Shown here: positions 13,166 through 26,453 of the stretch, piece by piece
Layout of the letters: each line of letters starts with the position of its first letter
Numbering within the stretch: the stretch's first letter is position 1
NCBI GenBank assembly: GCA_002189035.1
Contig: NEEC01000012.1
Coordinates: 1,426,001-1,490,000 of the forward strand
DNA length: 64,000 bases
DNA from: Utricularia gibba
Taxonomy: Eukaryota; Plantae; Magnoliophyta
Direction: 5' to 3'
Notes under the pieces: generated by a model
The model's input: only the letters and a program-made list of their open reading frames with translations
Told to the model about the DNA's origin: nothing
Databases searched by the model: none
Position numbers and translations under genes: made by a program

Positions 13166-13766
13166 ATTGAAACGCGGCCACTAACATTTTTAGTCATGGA
13201 GAAGATCTCAAGAGAAAAGTTGTGTTGTTTCGCGCAGTATTACTAGTTACTACGTAGCTTTGTTTGGTCGGCATCCACGCCGGTATTTCGGATTTCGTAG
13301 TTAATTTAAAAAATTAAAATTTCAATTTAATTTTGAAGAAAATTATCAATTTTTTAAAACATTTTATTTTAAAAAAATGAAGTCGAAATTTAGAACACCA
13401 TTGTTTGTGATATTTCAAAATGGGGTCATTTTTTAAAGGGGACAAGGAAATAGGATTTAAATAAAAGAGAAAAATAAAAAAAATTACCATATCAATCTAT
13501 TTTTTTATTGGATTTAAAGATAGTCATGGTTGGCTTCACCTTCATATGCCACCCCCCAACTCTTCTATTTGTTGCGCCTTGATGTCCAAAAAGTGTGTAG
13601 ATTGGGTGATGGTTGATTGAATTTTGGAGAAGATTTATCTGTGTCTTGACAAAGAAAACCATTAGATGATGAAAGAAAAAAAAAGCGCAGAAACTTTCTA
13701 TTAGATTTTTTCATCTTTTTATACACCTTAAGATTATTTTTATCTAATTAAATTATAAAACACATA

Positions 13767-13993
13767 GGCCTAGTTTGATAGGGTAGAATACATTGGTTTT
13801 CTTTGGTAGACATGATTTATTTAAACCCTTTTTAATATAAATCTGTCATTAAATGATTGTTTTGAACAAATATCAATTTTATTTTCCATGTACCAAACAT
13901 AACTTTCTTTTAAACCTTGTTAAATATAAACCCATCAAACATCCCAAATAACTTTAATCCAATTTATTCTTATTCTATCTACCAAACTGGCTC
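13767..13993. mobile_element. Tourist-like MITE remnant
   Basis: Imperfect inverted termini ggcctagtttgatagggtagaata / tattctatctaccaaactggctc. Confidence 0.35.
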
Positions 13994-14139
13994 GTAAGGT
14001 ATTTTACTCAAAGATCCCTAATCTTCTTGACTTGTCTCACTTCTTTGCATAACTTTTCAATGAACGATGATTTTTAGCATTCTATAATTATCGGAGTTTG
14101 ACTCTTTTATTTTAACATTAGATTTCAAAAGTTTGGCAT

Positions 14140-14350
14140 CAATTTTGAACTTTTCTAATTGACCATTTTCAAAGGTTTGGCAAATGCATCTAGATTTTGA
14201 CTCTTTCCTTCAATAAATATGACATTGATGTAATGTTTTTGACATATTTTTGAATGGCATGGAACCTAATTCTGACATGTTTGGCACATTCAAAATGTGC
14301 TGAATTTTCAGCAATAATGATTCTTTGTTGTCAATGTATAATTAGTAGTC
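14140..14350 (-). mobile_element. Ty1/Copia RNase H fragment (degenerate)
   Basis: Frameshifted translation YIDNK..IAENSAHFECAKHVRIRFHAIQKYV..QNLDAFAKPL matches the Copia DNKSAI..NPV.H.RTKHI.I.FH.IR..Q.ADIFTKPL pattern. Confidence 0.75.
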
Positions 14351-15399
14351 TTATTTTGATTAAATCCTAAATCTTACATGATTTGTTTTAACCAAATCCC
14401 AAACTTGTCGCTCCCACCGGCCGGCTCATGGAAATGGACTGACTACCGGAGATATTCGTGTTACTTCGTCTGCTCTCATAGAGTTCAATTCCCCTTCTCA
14501 ACCCATGAACAATATGAGTTCCGAAGTTCTAGTTCTATCCCTTTTCTCTCTTTTTTTTTTTTTTTTGTTTGGTTTCCTTGATTTTTTCATAAGCTCTTTC
14601 TGTTTCCACCCTTTCTTCCACTTTTTGGGTTTCTTTCCTTTATTATTCTGCCTTAATAGTAGACATAGGTAATAAATAAGAGAATACTAAAGACCCGAGC
14701 CATAGAATTGAGAAATTCTAATCCAAGGTAATGACATGGTTGGCTGGTTGTCATGTAGAGATATACACTCTCTATTGTAGATTGTAGATTGTAGATTGAA
14801 CCATGATCCTTTGCTTCTTCATGTTCCAAGTAATTGGACTTGAATTCTGAAAATAAATAAAACCATAGATGCTTTTCACATTATCATTCATATCATAGTT
14901 ATTAACATAGAATATTAGTAGCAGAAGTTCACTCACATCATAATGAGCAAAATGTAGTCTTATGTCTAAGTTGGTTCATATATTAGAAAATACATTAATA
15001 GCATATAACAAATCAGGTCTAGTATATGTCATATAGATTGATTTTCTAGTAATATTTCAATAAAGTTTGAAAAAAAAAGCATCTTTGCCTTCAAGGAAAA
15101 CATTTTTAAGAATCTCCAATGCATTCTACATATGTCTCAATAATATTTACTTATAACATATTAATATTTAAGAACTCTCAATGCATTTCAGAGATGTTTC
15201 AATGCAAACTTTTTTTACGATATGCAAATTTCTTTATAATTTTTATGTTTTATTTTCATGTCTAGAAAATATATCATACGTCTAAAATCAATCATATCAA
15301 ACTATTTCTTTACACAATATTCGAAATCTTATATAACAGTTTTATTATCAGAAGTGATAGTGCCAAAAATCGATATGCATAATAGAGAAAGCAAAAAGG

Positions 15400-15965
15400 A
15401 AAAATAGAACCCTAAATCACAAAACTTTGGGTGAAAATCGGAAGAATTGACATGCAGTATAAATTGGCAACCTAAACGGATTGGAAGGAGCTTTTAGGAA
15501 AATCGGCTATGGAACATCATTGGTACAAAAGCCCAAACACGCTAAACTGAGTAGGAATAACATATCAACCTTGAAATCATTCATGAAATCGGCTACATAT
15601 CAAGAATGGGACAGTAAAAGCGATGGTGTCAGCCAATGGCTGCTAGCAGACAGTTCGAAAGTTTGCCAACTTGCAAGGATTAGTAATAGATGGCACCACC
15701 ACAAAAAAAATCACACCAATTGGTCATAACTCTTCTATAAATAAGAGCACAGTGTACAAGAAATTCATTATGCATTCTTGTAACCCCCCCCCCCCCCAAC
15801 TTCCTTATAGTGAAGCTCTTTCCTCCGATAAGCTCTCCTAGCTCCGTAATTTTTCATCACAGTGATTTTCATGTAAAAAAATCATGATCTCGTTTAGCTT
15901 TCTCGATTATCTAAACTATGATCCTACAAATCGGAAAATTGGATCATCAAAACAACCAATTTACA
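15400..15965 (+). mobile_element. Probable LTR fragment
   Basis: TATA box (ctataaata) followed by LTR-like R/U5 sequence ending ...ttaca, then a decayed PBS-like stretch (attaaaaatcagacc). Recognised by resemblance only. Confidence 0.35.
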
Positions 15966-16338
15966 ATTAAAAATCAGACCATTTTCTATTGTCGATTTTT
16001 TAACAACAACAAGAAGTGATAAAGATATTATCAATGTAGATGCTTATTGATGTGTGTCATTTATACAGCAAATTTTAAAAATTTTTAAAACTCATATAAC
16101 ACAGATGCATAGTACGGATATCGAACACAAAGAGTTATTTTTCCGTGAAAGTTGAAGTTACACCGAATACAACAATAGAAAGTGCGAGAAACATAAATGA
16201 TGAAACTTGAGTAAGAAAGTAAGGGAGTTATAAACAAACAATAGAAATAAACGTAAGCGATGAACCTTAAATAAAGAAAATGTTCCTTGATTTGGAATCC
16301 TGTACAATTATGTTCATCATATTTTCACTCTTCTGTGA

Positions 16339-17510
16339 TGATAACACATATTTTTGGGTGATGGAGTGTATGGAAATCACTCATATTGTGCTACAAAAAT
16401 CAAATTTTACTACCCAATTCTATATTTTTACGCAAAGTACCGTAGTTATGTTATTTTAGTCTTAGTTGGGACTAAATCTGCGATTTAGTTGCGAGTCCCA
16501 ACCTTCTAATAGTTTTCTTTGAGAAATGCAGTGCAAGTCGCCACACAAATTCCAAAGAGCCGAATATGCACAGTGTAGTGGCAGAAGATGAGTCCAAAAA
16601 TCTGAAAAGTAGTACACACAAAATCCAAGGAGGAAAAAAGGAGATTTTGGACAAAAAGAGAGAAAAGATGGAGAGAAAGGGCAGATCTCCCTATTGGAGA
16701 CTCACGAACAACTTTCTGGAGGAAGAAGAAGGAAGAGAACGATGAATTAGAAGAACATAGCTTCTCTTTGAAGATTTATTTTTCGGTCTTGATGCATATT
16801 GTTCCTAGCTAAGACTAGTTTTAGATTTTCTGCGTGAACAATTTGTCTTATCTATTTCTGTTATGCATTACTTGTTGTTGTTTAACTTTGCAACCAGAAT
16901 GTTACTTAGTATATGCTATGAAAACATTTTCCTTTCACTTGTCATGAGTGGCTAAGTACTTAGGGGGTGTCTTGAGGTGAAAGGGGAAGAAATGTGCTAA
17001 TCAATCTTTAGACCTAATCAGCCATAAGTCACGTCACTTCCTTAACAAACCAAGATAGATCTAGGAGGGGGAAGTAGTGAACCCAACTTACAACCCTAAT
17101 TAGAGGTAGACCAAAGATTAATGGAAAAACAAGAATCCGGGTAGACCTAGATTTTTGTGTGTTAGTTATATGATTTATGGTTTGTGTGAGCTTGTTTAAT
17201 GACAAGCACACATCCCCTAGGAGTTCCAAGACATCACCCATTTTATTCTAGAAACAACCGAATTCCAAAACTTATTACTTATCTTTACTGTATTCCGTTG
17301 TAGTTCTGCCTTAGTCTTAATTAAGATCAATTTACCAACATGACACTGACTCCTTGCATTGACCTTCATATAGCAAGTACCTAGTTCCTTTGTTCGACCC
17401 TAATCCACTATACTCATATTTTTCGTATAACTTAATGTGAATTAGGTTTATAAAATTATTTGATAGGAGAAAATTTCAAATTAACGACTTGTAAAATTTT
17501 TCGTTTATCA
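16339..17510 (+). mobile_element. Ty3/Gypsy (Athila-like) LTR of about 1.17 kb
   Basis: TG...CA termini with 6-bp inverted ends TGATAA/TTATCA and internal motifs resembling Athila LTRs (catgagtggctaag, gttcgaccc). No TSD found. Confidence 0.5.
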
Positions 17511-18500
17511 TCTAATCTTCTCGAGTATTCGATTATAAGAGTAAGGAATTACTTACCCTCCCTTACACTTGCAAGAAGTCACGGGAATATCTCGATGTTG
17601 CTCCTCCTTGGACGAACGTGAAGATAAGAGGTTCTGCCAACGTACCCTCATAGTGAAATTGCATGCATATACTCGAGTGTTGCCAATGACCAAATGAGTT
17701 CAGATACGAGATCACTATCTGTCCATTGATCCTGAGGTAAGACTACAGACAAAACATTATCTCCCTCCTGCCAAAAGGGCATGAGTTGATGCTCTTCACC
17801 TTGCTCCTCTTCAAAACTCGTAGACAGTGATCAACTAATCATGAATCTTGAATAAGAGAACTATTATAAAAATACTGTAACATAGTCGTGCAAAAACATA
17901 TGAAACTTGTTTGAATTCAAAGAAGAGATGAAGATAAACTAACGAAACATAGATCTAGGAGAATCCCAACCCATAAATGGAAGTTTCTAACCGCAAACGG
18001 CCATACAAACTAAAGAAATGAAAACAAAGTTCTAGAGAGAATCTAGAGAGATAAACAAAGTCTAAACTAAAACTTGAAAGTGAATTTTCAATGTCCGAAC
18101 TGAATTAAACTTCAATGAAAGTCTGAGTTTTCATGTTTCCTTAATCTTGTTGTGACTTGCAAGGAAGCTTCTGTTCTAACACTAATATACTAATGATTTC
18201 GCCTGTCAGAAAATCTCATGTTCCACATGTCAAAGCTCATGATTAGACATTTACAGTCTTTTGGAAATCAAGGAGATGTTAATTTGGGAAGATGCATTTT
18301 TTCGCCATTTGCCATCTTCTTTCTCTCACTTCTTGCCACATGTGCATCTCTAGAAAAATTTGTTGAAAACTAGACAAAACATTAGATAAAATACAAGATT
18401 TAAGAAAATTATCCTAAACTAAATAAAAACCTAAATCTTAAATTATAAACTCCTAACTAAACAATTCTAATCACATTTAGACATAAAAATAATCTAAAAG
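17511..18500 (-). mobile_element. Second LTR-like remnant in opposite orientation
   Basis: Composition and motifs (catagatctaggagaatccc) resemble the reverse complement of a Gypsy LTR; boundaries are unclear. Confidence 0.3.
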
Positions 18501-18659
18501 ATAGTGAAAAAATAACACTTAACACTTACAAATAATTTATATTCTTCCTCATACTTTTAGTAAAGTGTATGATCTTAAAATGTTTTAGAAAATTTTGCTT
18601 GCATTAAAAAGTTATCAATTCTTGCATTTTATATTTTAAGGTGTAGTCTATGCAACTTT

Positions 18660-19197
18660 GACTACGTTTGGAAAAACCATTTCAAAATTAATTTTAGAAA
18701 AATTGAAAATTTTGATAAAAATGAGAATTGATATATGTTTGCAACTGTTTTAGTTAAAATGATTCTTATAAAATGAAGATATGTTTGGAATATAAAAAAT
18801 TAGAATTTATTTTAATAAATAAATAATATATTTATCCATGTTATTAATAATTATATTTTGCAAATTTAAAATTTAAAAGTATTTTTTATATATAATTTAT
18901 ATTACAAAAATATTCTATAATTTTTTATTATAATTTTAAAAGTAAGGTAATTAAATTATTTATAATATTATTAATTATAATTATGTATAAGGGTATAATC
19001 TTAATTTCAATTTTACAATCACATATCTAAATTCAATTCTCATAAAGAAGTTAATATTCCACATTTCTCATAGAAGTGAAATAATTCTAAAAAATCAATT
19101 CTCATATAATAGAATTTGATATATGTTTGGAAGACAGAATTAATTCTATTCATAGTCATTCAGAATAGATTGATTCTAATAGTTTCCAAATGTTACT
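18660..19197. mobile_element. Decayed MITE (PIF/Tourist-like)
   Basis: Imperfect inverted ends actacgtttggaaa / tttccaaatgttac; internal repeats of tatgtttgg. Confidence 0.3.
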
Positions 19198-19599
19198 TTA
19201 ATTAATAATTTCTGTTTAATTAACAGTTACAAGTTATTGTATCACTAAATACATAATAAGTATAATGAATCTATTTAAAATTATTAATAAGTAGAAGTTA
19301 TTAATAAGTAAAAGTTAATTACATAAGCAAATTACAAATGACCAATAGTAAAATTTTAAATTACCTATATACACATTAATCGTAAATAATCTTGAAAACA
19401 AACTATCAAAGTAAAGTACATAATATAGAAATATTAAAAATCAAACGCATTACATACATTTTTCCTCAACGAGTTGTCTACAACTGATTTGCAATAGAAT
19501 CATAAAGAGCATCCATTAATTAATCAAATTCATGATTTTTATTTTCATGATCATCATGTTCTTTTTCCTCTTTTTCCAACTCAGTATTATTGCGCACAT

Positions 19600-22070
19600 C
19601 ACTATCTTCACCTTCATATTCCTAAAGATGAGCACCATCATCTTCAACATTCACATGATATAACTTATTTTATATATTTATTGTAGCTACTACTAGTCTC
19701 ACTAGGTACTTAAATTTCATATTTGTTAACATATCGTTTACTATATAGAATCTCTTCTTTCATACTCCAAATTATCTCTCAAAGAATGTCTGCAATTGAA
19801 GTACCCTAGTGGATTTTAGGACCCTCTAGTTATTCAACATCAAAATCCAATAGGTGATATCGTTCATGATGATAAGGTGTAATAGATATAATGATATTGA
19901 CAAATTCAACATTTACCATATAGTATTTAGCTAGAGGTATTGCCTAAAAACATAGATACTGCTTGTTAATGCAATCTATAAGAATCCTATTGTCATAAGT
20001 CATTGCTTCATAGCAGCTTTACTATAAGTAAAATACATATCAAAATCACCAACAACAGGTATGTTGTAGATAGGATAACTCTTACGGCCAATATATCAAA
20101 CCCTTTCCTCTTTAAGAACAAATGTTTTGATATGAATTCCATCTATTGCACCAATATGGTTACTAAACTAAGAATACTTGGAGTTATCTATGAAAAAATG
20201 ATGAATCTGCATGTTATTATGTTTTGGCATAATTTACTCCACTATCATCTAATTAACTGCTTTTAAAACATTGTGAAAAGTATTATGCATCTTATCTCTT
20301 TGACGACCAAAGAATTCTTGTAAACTAGAGTAACTTTTTCTTTTGTCCACCTTTCTTAGAAAAATAGCAACCTCTTCTTCTTTAGGAACAAATTTTCTTT
20401 AGGTAACCCATAGTTATTCACAAGCATCTCAAAATTAATGAGCATCAAAACATATTTCCTTTAAGTAACCTCTTCTCTAAAAACGCACAACTATGCATAT
20501 GCAACTCATTATATGCATAAAGCATCGTAGTCATTCAACATTAATAGCAACAAAGATCATTCACTAGTTTCTCAATTATGCATTGGTAGTTTTACAAGGA
20601 AGGACTCTTGATAATCTCTAAGAAGCTTAAATTGAGTCATTGGGAAATTGATGAACTCTGTACCTTAACGAGTTCCCTTGCTCTCTTTATCATTGTCATA
20701 ATAGTAATGAAATGATACATTGTTAAAGGATGGTGCTATTGAAAACAAAGAGATGCGAGCATTCTCAATCTTCATATGTAATTATAAAGAAGAAAACTTT
20801 GTCATTACCAAATCTCTAAATGTGTTAGTTCGAATCTTCATTTTAATCAAATCTCAAGGTATTATTTTAATAAAGTTAATGTTTCAATTTTCTATGATGC
20901 AATATTTACATAGGAAAAACAACTAATGTTAAGTTAGAACCTAGAATAAATATTCAAAGATCAATTATCACATACAACTAGAGTTCAATCTTTTGTAATA
21001 AGAGATTTTGTAATTTGGATGAAAAATAAATTGTTAATAATATAAAAAATATGCTATAATTAACAATTTAAATACCTATGTGTTTTGCTAGTAACGTAGC
21101 AATTGGATTTCATAGCAAATAAATCGATATTCCTCCAGCTACATGTACATAGTGAATCCAAAATATCATCTTTAATGTATTCTTTTCGAATGTATGGATC
21201 CTTCAAATACATGAAGATCTCTCAATTTTGGTGATTTTTGAACAACTTCAAAGTATGCAAATAAGTTTGACCTTCTTTGATAATGGTATCTATAACATCT
21301 AACATATCAATGCATTTTCCAATATAGTATTTTAAAGATTTTGAGCTCTTCAACCCTACTTTTATTCAAGTTGTAGGCATTATCTTAGATAATTAAGTAA
21401 TTTCATTACTCTTACTTATTTTAGCAATCCTTTTGAGTCTCCAATGGATATGAAAAATCCCACCCCATAGCAATGTATCTCTTGTAGATAACAAAGGATC
21501 ACCATTATCATCATAATTATCATTAGAAACCTCAGCATCAAGATTAGGAATGTATTTCTTTTATCTATAAGCAATTAGTGGATTAAAACTTGAACTAATA
21601 AATTAGGGAACAAGGATGTTCTAGCCTCAAACTTGCTATATTGGTTGTTATCCTATAAAGAATAAAATATAACAAAAACAATAATTATAAATGATGTAGC
21701 ATAGATTTTAATGGAATAAATTTGTCTCAAAAATAAAAAATTCAAAAAAATAATTTGAAACTACAAACATTCAATTCACATAATAAACAATAGTTATAAC
21801 ATACGGCTAAACGATCAGCCCACATAATAAGAATCCATGTTTATTATTTCATTTTGATACATTTCAATTTATAGATAGTATCAACTTTTTCATTGACAAT
21901 ATTCATAATATTCTCCAATCGTTTTGGTCGGAAAGTGATAATAGGTCGGTTGCCCTTAGTAATTTCAGCAATCATGGCTTCCAATAATATATTTGTCTTA
22001 TTCGTATCCCAAGTATCCATTTTTTTTCAATTCTCTTTGTTGGTATTTTACTTTGGTTACCTTCCATTTG
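19600..22070 (-). mobile_element. Degenerate PIF/Harbinger element with both ORFs: Myb/SANT-like ORF1 (about 22067-21150) and DDE transposase (about 20650-19600)
   Basis: ORF1: WDTNKTNILLEAMIAEITKGNRP and C-terminal EIFMYLKDPYIRKEY. Transposase: NYGL..EEEVAIFL, FHNVLKAV, IGAIDGIH (first catalytic Asp), YIGRKSYP, DFDMYFTY, KYYMVN..TPYHHERYHL, MKKRF. Many stops and frameshifts. Confidence 0.85.
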
Positions 22071-22770
22071 TAGCACTTAAACATGGGAATCATATAATGG
22101 AATTAAAAAGTGAAAAAAATAAAAAATGAAGAATGATACATGTTTAATTCCTCTCATTTTAAGATGTGTTAAATAATGAAGTAAAACTCTTTCAAGAATA
22201 CTAACATGGGGCACAAGTAGACATAAATTCAATTTATAAAACAATAAGTTAAATGGAATATCATTGGTATTCTCATATAATAACAAAATACAAGTACTAT
22301 TAAAAAAATACAACAAACTGAAAATAATAGCACAATAGTAAAGTAAATCAAAACAATAAAAGACAAATCATATAAGTCAATGAAAATTCTATTAAAAAAT
22401 TATGGATTTTTGTTTTCTATAAATGCTTCTCAATATCCATATCAACAATAAATGAAACAAGTTTGACTCTTAGAAATATGTTTTGAAAGAAAACTACATA
22501 AACAAAATAACATTTTTTAGTTATCTACCAAAACACCAAAACAAATTGGGGGTATAAAAGATATAAAAAAAAATCTAAACATGCAGAAAAAAAAATGTAA
22601 AAACTATGGATTAAATGAATCAACCAAAAATAGAAACCCTAAAATCCCTAAAAAAAAGTGACTTTGTACAAATTAGGCCAAATTGGTTATGGAGTCTACT
22701 TTATATCGTGAGTGTGGAAATTGGGCTATTTCGCATCCACGTGTGGACAAAGTAAACAATCTTACCACAT

Positions 22771-22850
22771 AAACAAGACTCTTGCCATGTAAGCAAGACC
22801 CTTGTCATATAAGCTAGACTCTTGCCTACTAAGCAAGACTCTTGCCTACC
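22771..22850 (+). repeat. 4 x 20-bp tandem repeat (aagcaagactcttgcc...) within the left MULE TIR
   Basis: aaacaagactcttgccatgt / aagcaagacccttgtcatat / aagctagactcttgcctact / aagcaagactcttgcctacc; inverted copies at about 23863-23920. Confidence 0.9.
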
Positions 22851-23688
22851 TCAAATATTTTCAGTTTTGTGTCGTTGAAAGTAAATCAAAGCATTTGGTA
22901 TTAAAATGCTATTCTGCTTTAGAGACTCAATGTGAGTTTCGTATTCGTCTCTATGAATTGAAGCGAGATGGGATTTGATAGTTTAATGTTTTTTATCCTC
23001 ATACTTATAGAAGTGGAATTGAGGGAAACAAACATAGAAACATCTCTATAAGTTTCATTGGACGAGATTTGATAGATTATGTTTGGAATATTCAAGGTAA
23101 TACAATTTTTTTATTATTTATTTTTTGTTCAATTAGCATTATTTTTTAAAATTTATCTATTTATTTTAGAGTTGACGGTTTATAAGACAGTTGCTGAGAT
23201 ACAAATAAGGTACAATTATATTATTGATTATGAAAAAGCCTGGTTTGATGTTTAGCATGCATTTAAACTTGTTTATGGATCTTGGAAATCATCAATAAAT
23301 AAATGCCTCGTCATATGTCTGTGCTCCAAGTGACAAATCCGCAGACAATTGTAGAATGATCGGTTTATGATACGCAATCGGATCCAAATCATAAGATATT
23401 TCGGTAAGTTTTTTGGGATTTTAAGCCTTGTGTAGAGACATATCAATTGTGTGTCTCGGTCCTTTCAATTGATGCAACACATCTTTATGCACGGTAATAT
23501 TTCTACACTTGTATAATGTTGTGTTTTTTTTCATAGTCTAAATATAATTTTGATATACATGTATGATCATAAGTTATTAATTGCATATGCCTTGTGAATG
23601 ATGAAGATCTTGAATCTTATTCTTGGTTTATTGAGCAATTGTATTATTTTGTTATTCAACAACAAGTTGGTAAAATTTGTACATTTAC

Positions 23689-23745
23689 CTCAAGTGGCCT
23701 CGCCTCTCTCAAGTGGCCTTGCCTCTCTCAAGTCGCCTCGCCTCT
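23689..23745 (+). repeat. 3 x 19-bp tandem repeat (ctcaagtggcctcgcctct) inside the MULE
   Basis: Read directly; one mismatch each in copies 2 and 3. Confidence 0.9.
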
Positions 23746-24717
23746 CTTCTGTCACAATCATTCAACGCGTAAAACTAGTAGGGGTATTTATAGAAGTTTC
23801 ACCCCCTCCCCTAGCACCGTCTAGCTCCACTCCACGTAAGAAAGAAGGTGCTTAGTGGACAACAGGCAAGAGTCTTGTTTACATGGCAAAAGTCTCTCTT
23901 GCGTGGCAAGAGTTTTGCTTATGTGGTAAGATTGTTTACTTTCTCCACATGTGAACGCGAAACAACCCAATTTCCACACTCACGATATAAAGTAGCCTAC
24001 ATAACCAACTTCGCCATAAAAATTATAGGGTTAACAAATGGAATACCTTTTGAATTGCAGTATGGGGGTTTTTTAGCAACAAAAAAAAAAAACAAAAGTA
24101 GACTTAAGAAACATGTACTTTCAACCTAATGTAAAATCATAATCAAAAGGAAATGAGAGAGAAGCGGATGAGAAGTAGACAGAGTGCGGTGAGGGAATAA
24201 ATTTATTTTTCAACAACTTGTGATTGAATAAATCATATTTTCTTAACTTATGTGATAAGTGGGTGAAATAATTAAAATTAAAATAAGTTGAAAATAAATA
24301 AAAGTAGAAATAAAAGTAGAAATTTTAGAATAAGTAGATGTAGTCTGTAAAACATTTAGAGTGCCTCCAACGGTTTCCATAGAAGTCTACATTTCATTTC
24401 GTTTATTAGATTTACGGAAATCATTATGTGGATATAGTTTTGTTTCCAAATTTCCACAGAATGGAATTTCCAATTTTATTTGGAAATTCATTAAAATTGG
24501 CACAAAAAAATGACACTTCAGATTTCTGAAAATGATTTGTATTACGGAAATGATTGCAAAGAAAATGAAAATTTAGTAACTAAATTTTCAAAAATATAGT
24601 AAAATTGATATAGCACTCTAGATTTATGCTCTTAGAGTGCATTTTGTTCTTAATATGAGTTATCCCGAGATAAAATTTAAATTGGATAGTGGGAAAGGAT
24701 CATATATGAATATATTT

Positions 24718-25194
24718 TGATGTGTTTGGTTTGTATTGGGATTGGATAATGATTTGGGGTGACTAACATGATGAAAATGTTCATATTTTCTTGAAATGAA
24801 TTGGGAAAATTTTGGCTTCATACTAGGTTTCAACAAATACAGTGTTCTTCCATCGATACTTGCTGGCAAAAATACCTCATGAAAACAGTGAATTTCATTG
24901 CGCTAAGAAATCCCACTTATGCAGATGCTGTTCTCTAGGACCCTTCTTCATAGTTTTTGTTGATTTTAAGAACCATAAACAATTGAGTTTTCTACAAAAA
25001 TCCAAAGGGCATTTACGGTATAATGGAGTGGGACTAAAAAAATTCCATCCAACATATAAGTATTATTTTATCCTACTTTTACAAAATAAAAAATTCATAC
25101 AATAATGGATAACTAATCCCTCATTTGTAACCAAATTCCGGATAACACTATACCATTTAATTATCTCCCTTTATCCCACTAACCAAACATATCA
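24718..25194. mobile_element. Tourist-like MITE, about 477 bp
   Basis: TIRs tgatgtgtttggtt / aaccaaacatatca (13 of 14 complementary); flanks ttt/tta are one mismatch from a TTA TSD. Confidence 0.55.
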
Positions 25195-26453
25195 TTATTT
25201 TTACTTTAAGTTATAAGCCACACATATTATTGGCTTAGAAGATTGCTTTAAATCATAAAAGATCTTTTTAAGATGATATATCCAATCTTATTTTCCAAAG
25301 TACATAAAGCTTTGGGGTCACATAGTATAAAAATTTTCTTCCAAAGCTCCATCTAAAATGCAGTTTTTATACCTATACAATATATCTTCTAATTTTTAGC
25401 TATCACAATTGTAATCAGAAGTCAATTCATTTTTTGTATACGTATGGAATACTATACCTATTTGGTTTGATACTAAAAGAAGTCAAAATAACACTACAAA
25501 TTCCCAACATCAAGACACTGTAGGACATTCTGGAACCCCATGACATTCTATCCTCACCACACATTGCTCGATGATATATCGATTATTTTGAAATATCAAC
25601 TGTATCCTTTTGAATAATTATATTCATGTTTGATGATTTATATTTTATTTTTTTAGGTATATCTCTCACGCAAAATCATTTTATTATAATTATTATAATT
25701 TATTATAATCACGTAGATATGAGTATGAAGAAAGTTTTTTGTCATTACTTTTACTCATTGCATTTTTAATTTTGTAAAACACTTGAATTGACCATTTTTG
25801 TCAAAATTGTCTGATTCTTGAGAATAGAGCATTGTCTGATTTTTAAGTTTGAACGAACGAGATTGCCAACATACAGTTACATTTAACGGTCTGCTGCACA
25901 CGCCACACGCAGGTATTTTAATCTACATTCTTTTAAGTTTGTGATTCTGCTCCCCTCTCCATTGGGTAGTAACAAGGTGAAAAAATTAAGTTCTTTTACT
26001 GGTGCAACGCCACTAGGAATAGATTGTTCTGATTGGCACCAGTTAACAACGTTGTAGTTGGTCTCCTTTGTGCTGTTGCTGCACAAGGCCGACAGTTTGT
26101 ATCACAATGGATTGACTGACGGTGCAATATCAAGCCGGGCATCGATCATTGGCCTCTCACGCCACATCATCAGGCTTGAGGATTAACCCCGCGCCGGATC
26201 GATCAATCAATCAATAGATGGCATTCTCGGGAATCCACCAGAATTGTCTAAAGAGTTTGAACGGACCCCTACTGTGGAAGTTGGAAGATTCCAAAAAACT
26301 GTCATGCACAGTATCGGAATAGGTTCTTTGTAGTGCTGTCGGATGGATGGCTGGAAGTTGCACGCCGGCTGAGTTGACATGCGTCAGCGCTGTGAACAAG
26401 GGGTTTGGATCATTAGACAATACTGGAATAGGTTCTTTGCAATGCTCTGAGTA

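Larger units (their letters stand above)
22676..24015 (+). mobile_element. Internally deleted Mutator-like element (MULE) with long TIRs and a transposase core fragment
   Basis: About 22676-22850 and 23863-24015 are reverse complements (ttggttatg..ctactttatatcgtgagtgtggaaattggg..aaagtaaacaatcttaccacataa..). The interior translates with disruptions to YEKAW, VFWDFKPC, VLSIDATHLY and ESYSWFIEQL, typical of MULE DDE transposases. Confidence 0.88.

Noticed and set aside
22628-22655. Telomere-like aaaccctaaaatccctaaa next to the MULE TIR
   Set aside because: Only two degenerate units, as expected by chance or as a telo-box.
25860-26420. GC-richer stretch with ORFs 25883-26086 and 26211-26420 downstream of UBA5
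   Set aside because: No recognisable domain or exon structure; most simply the UBA5 3' region.
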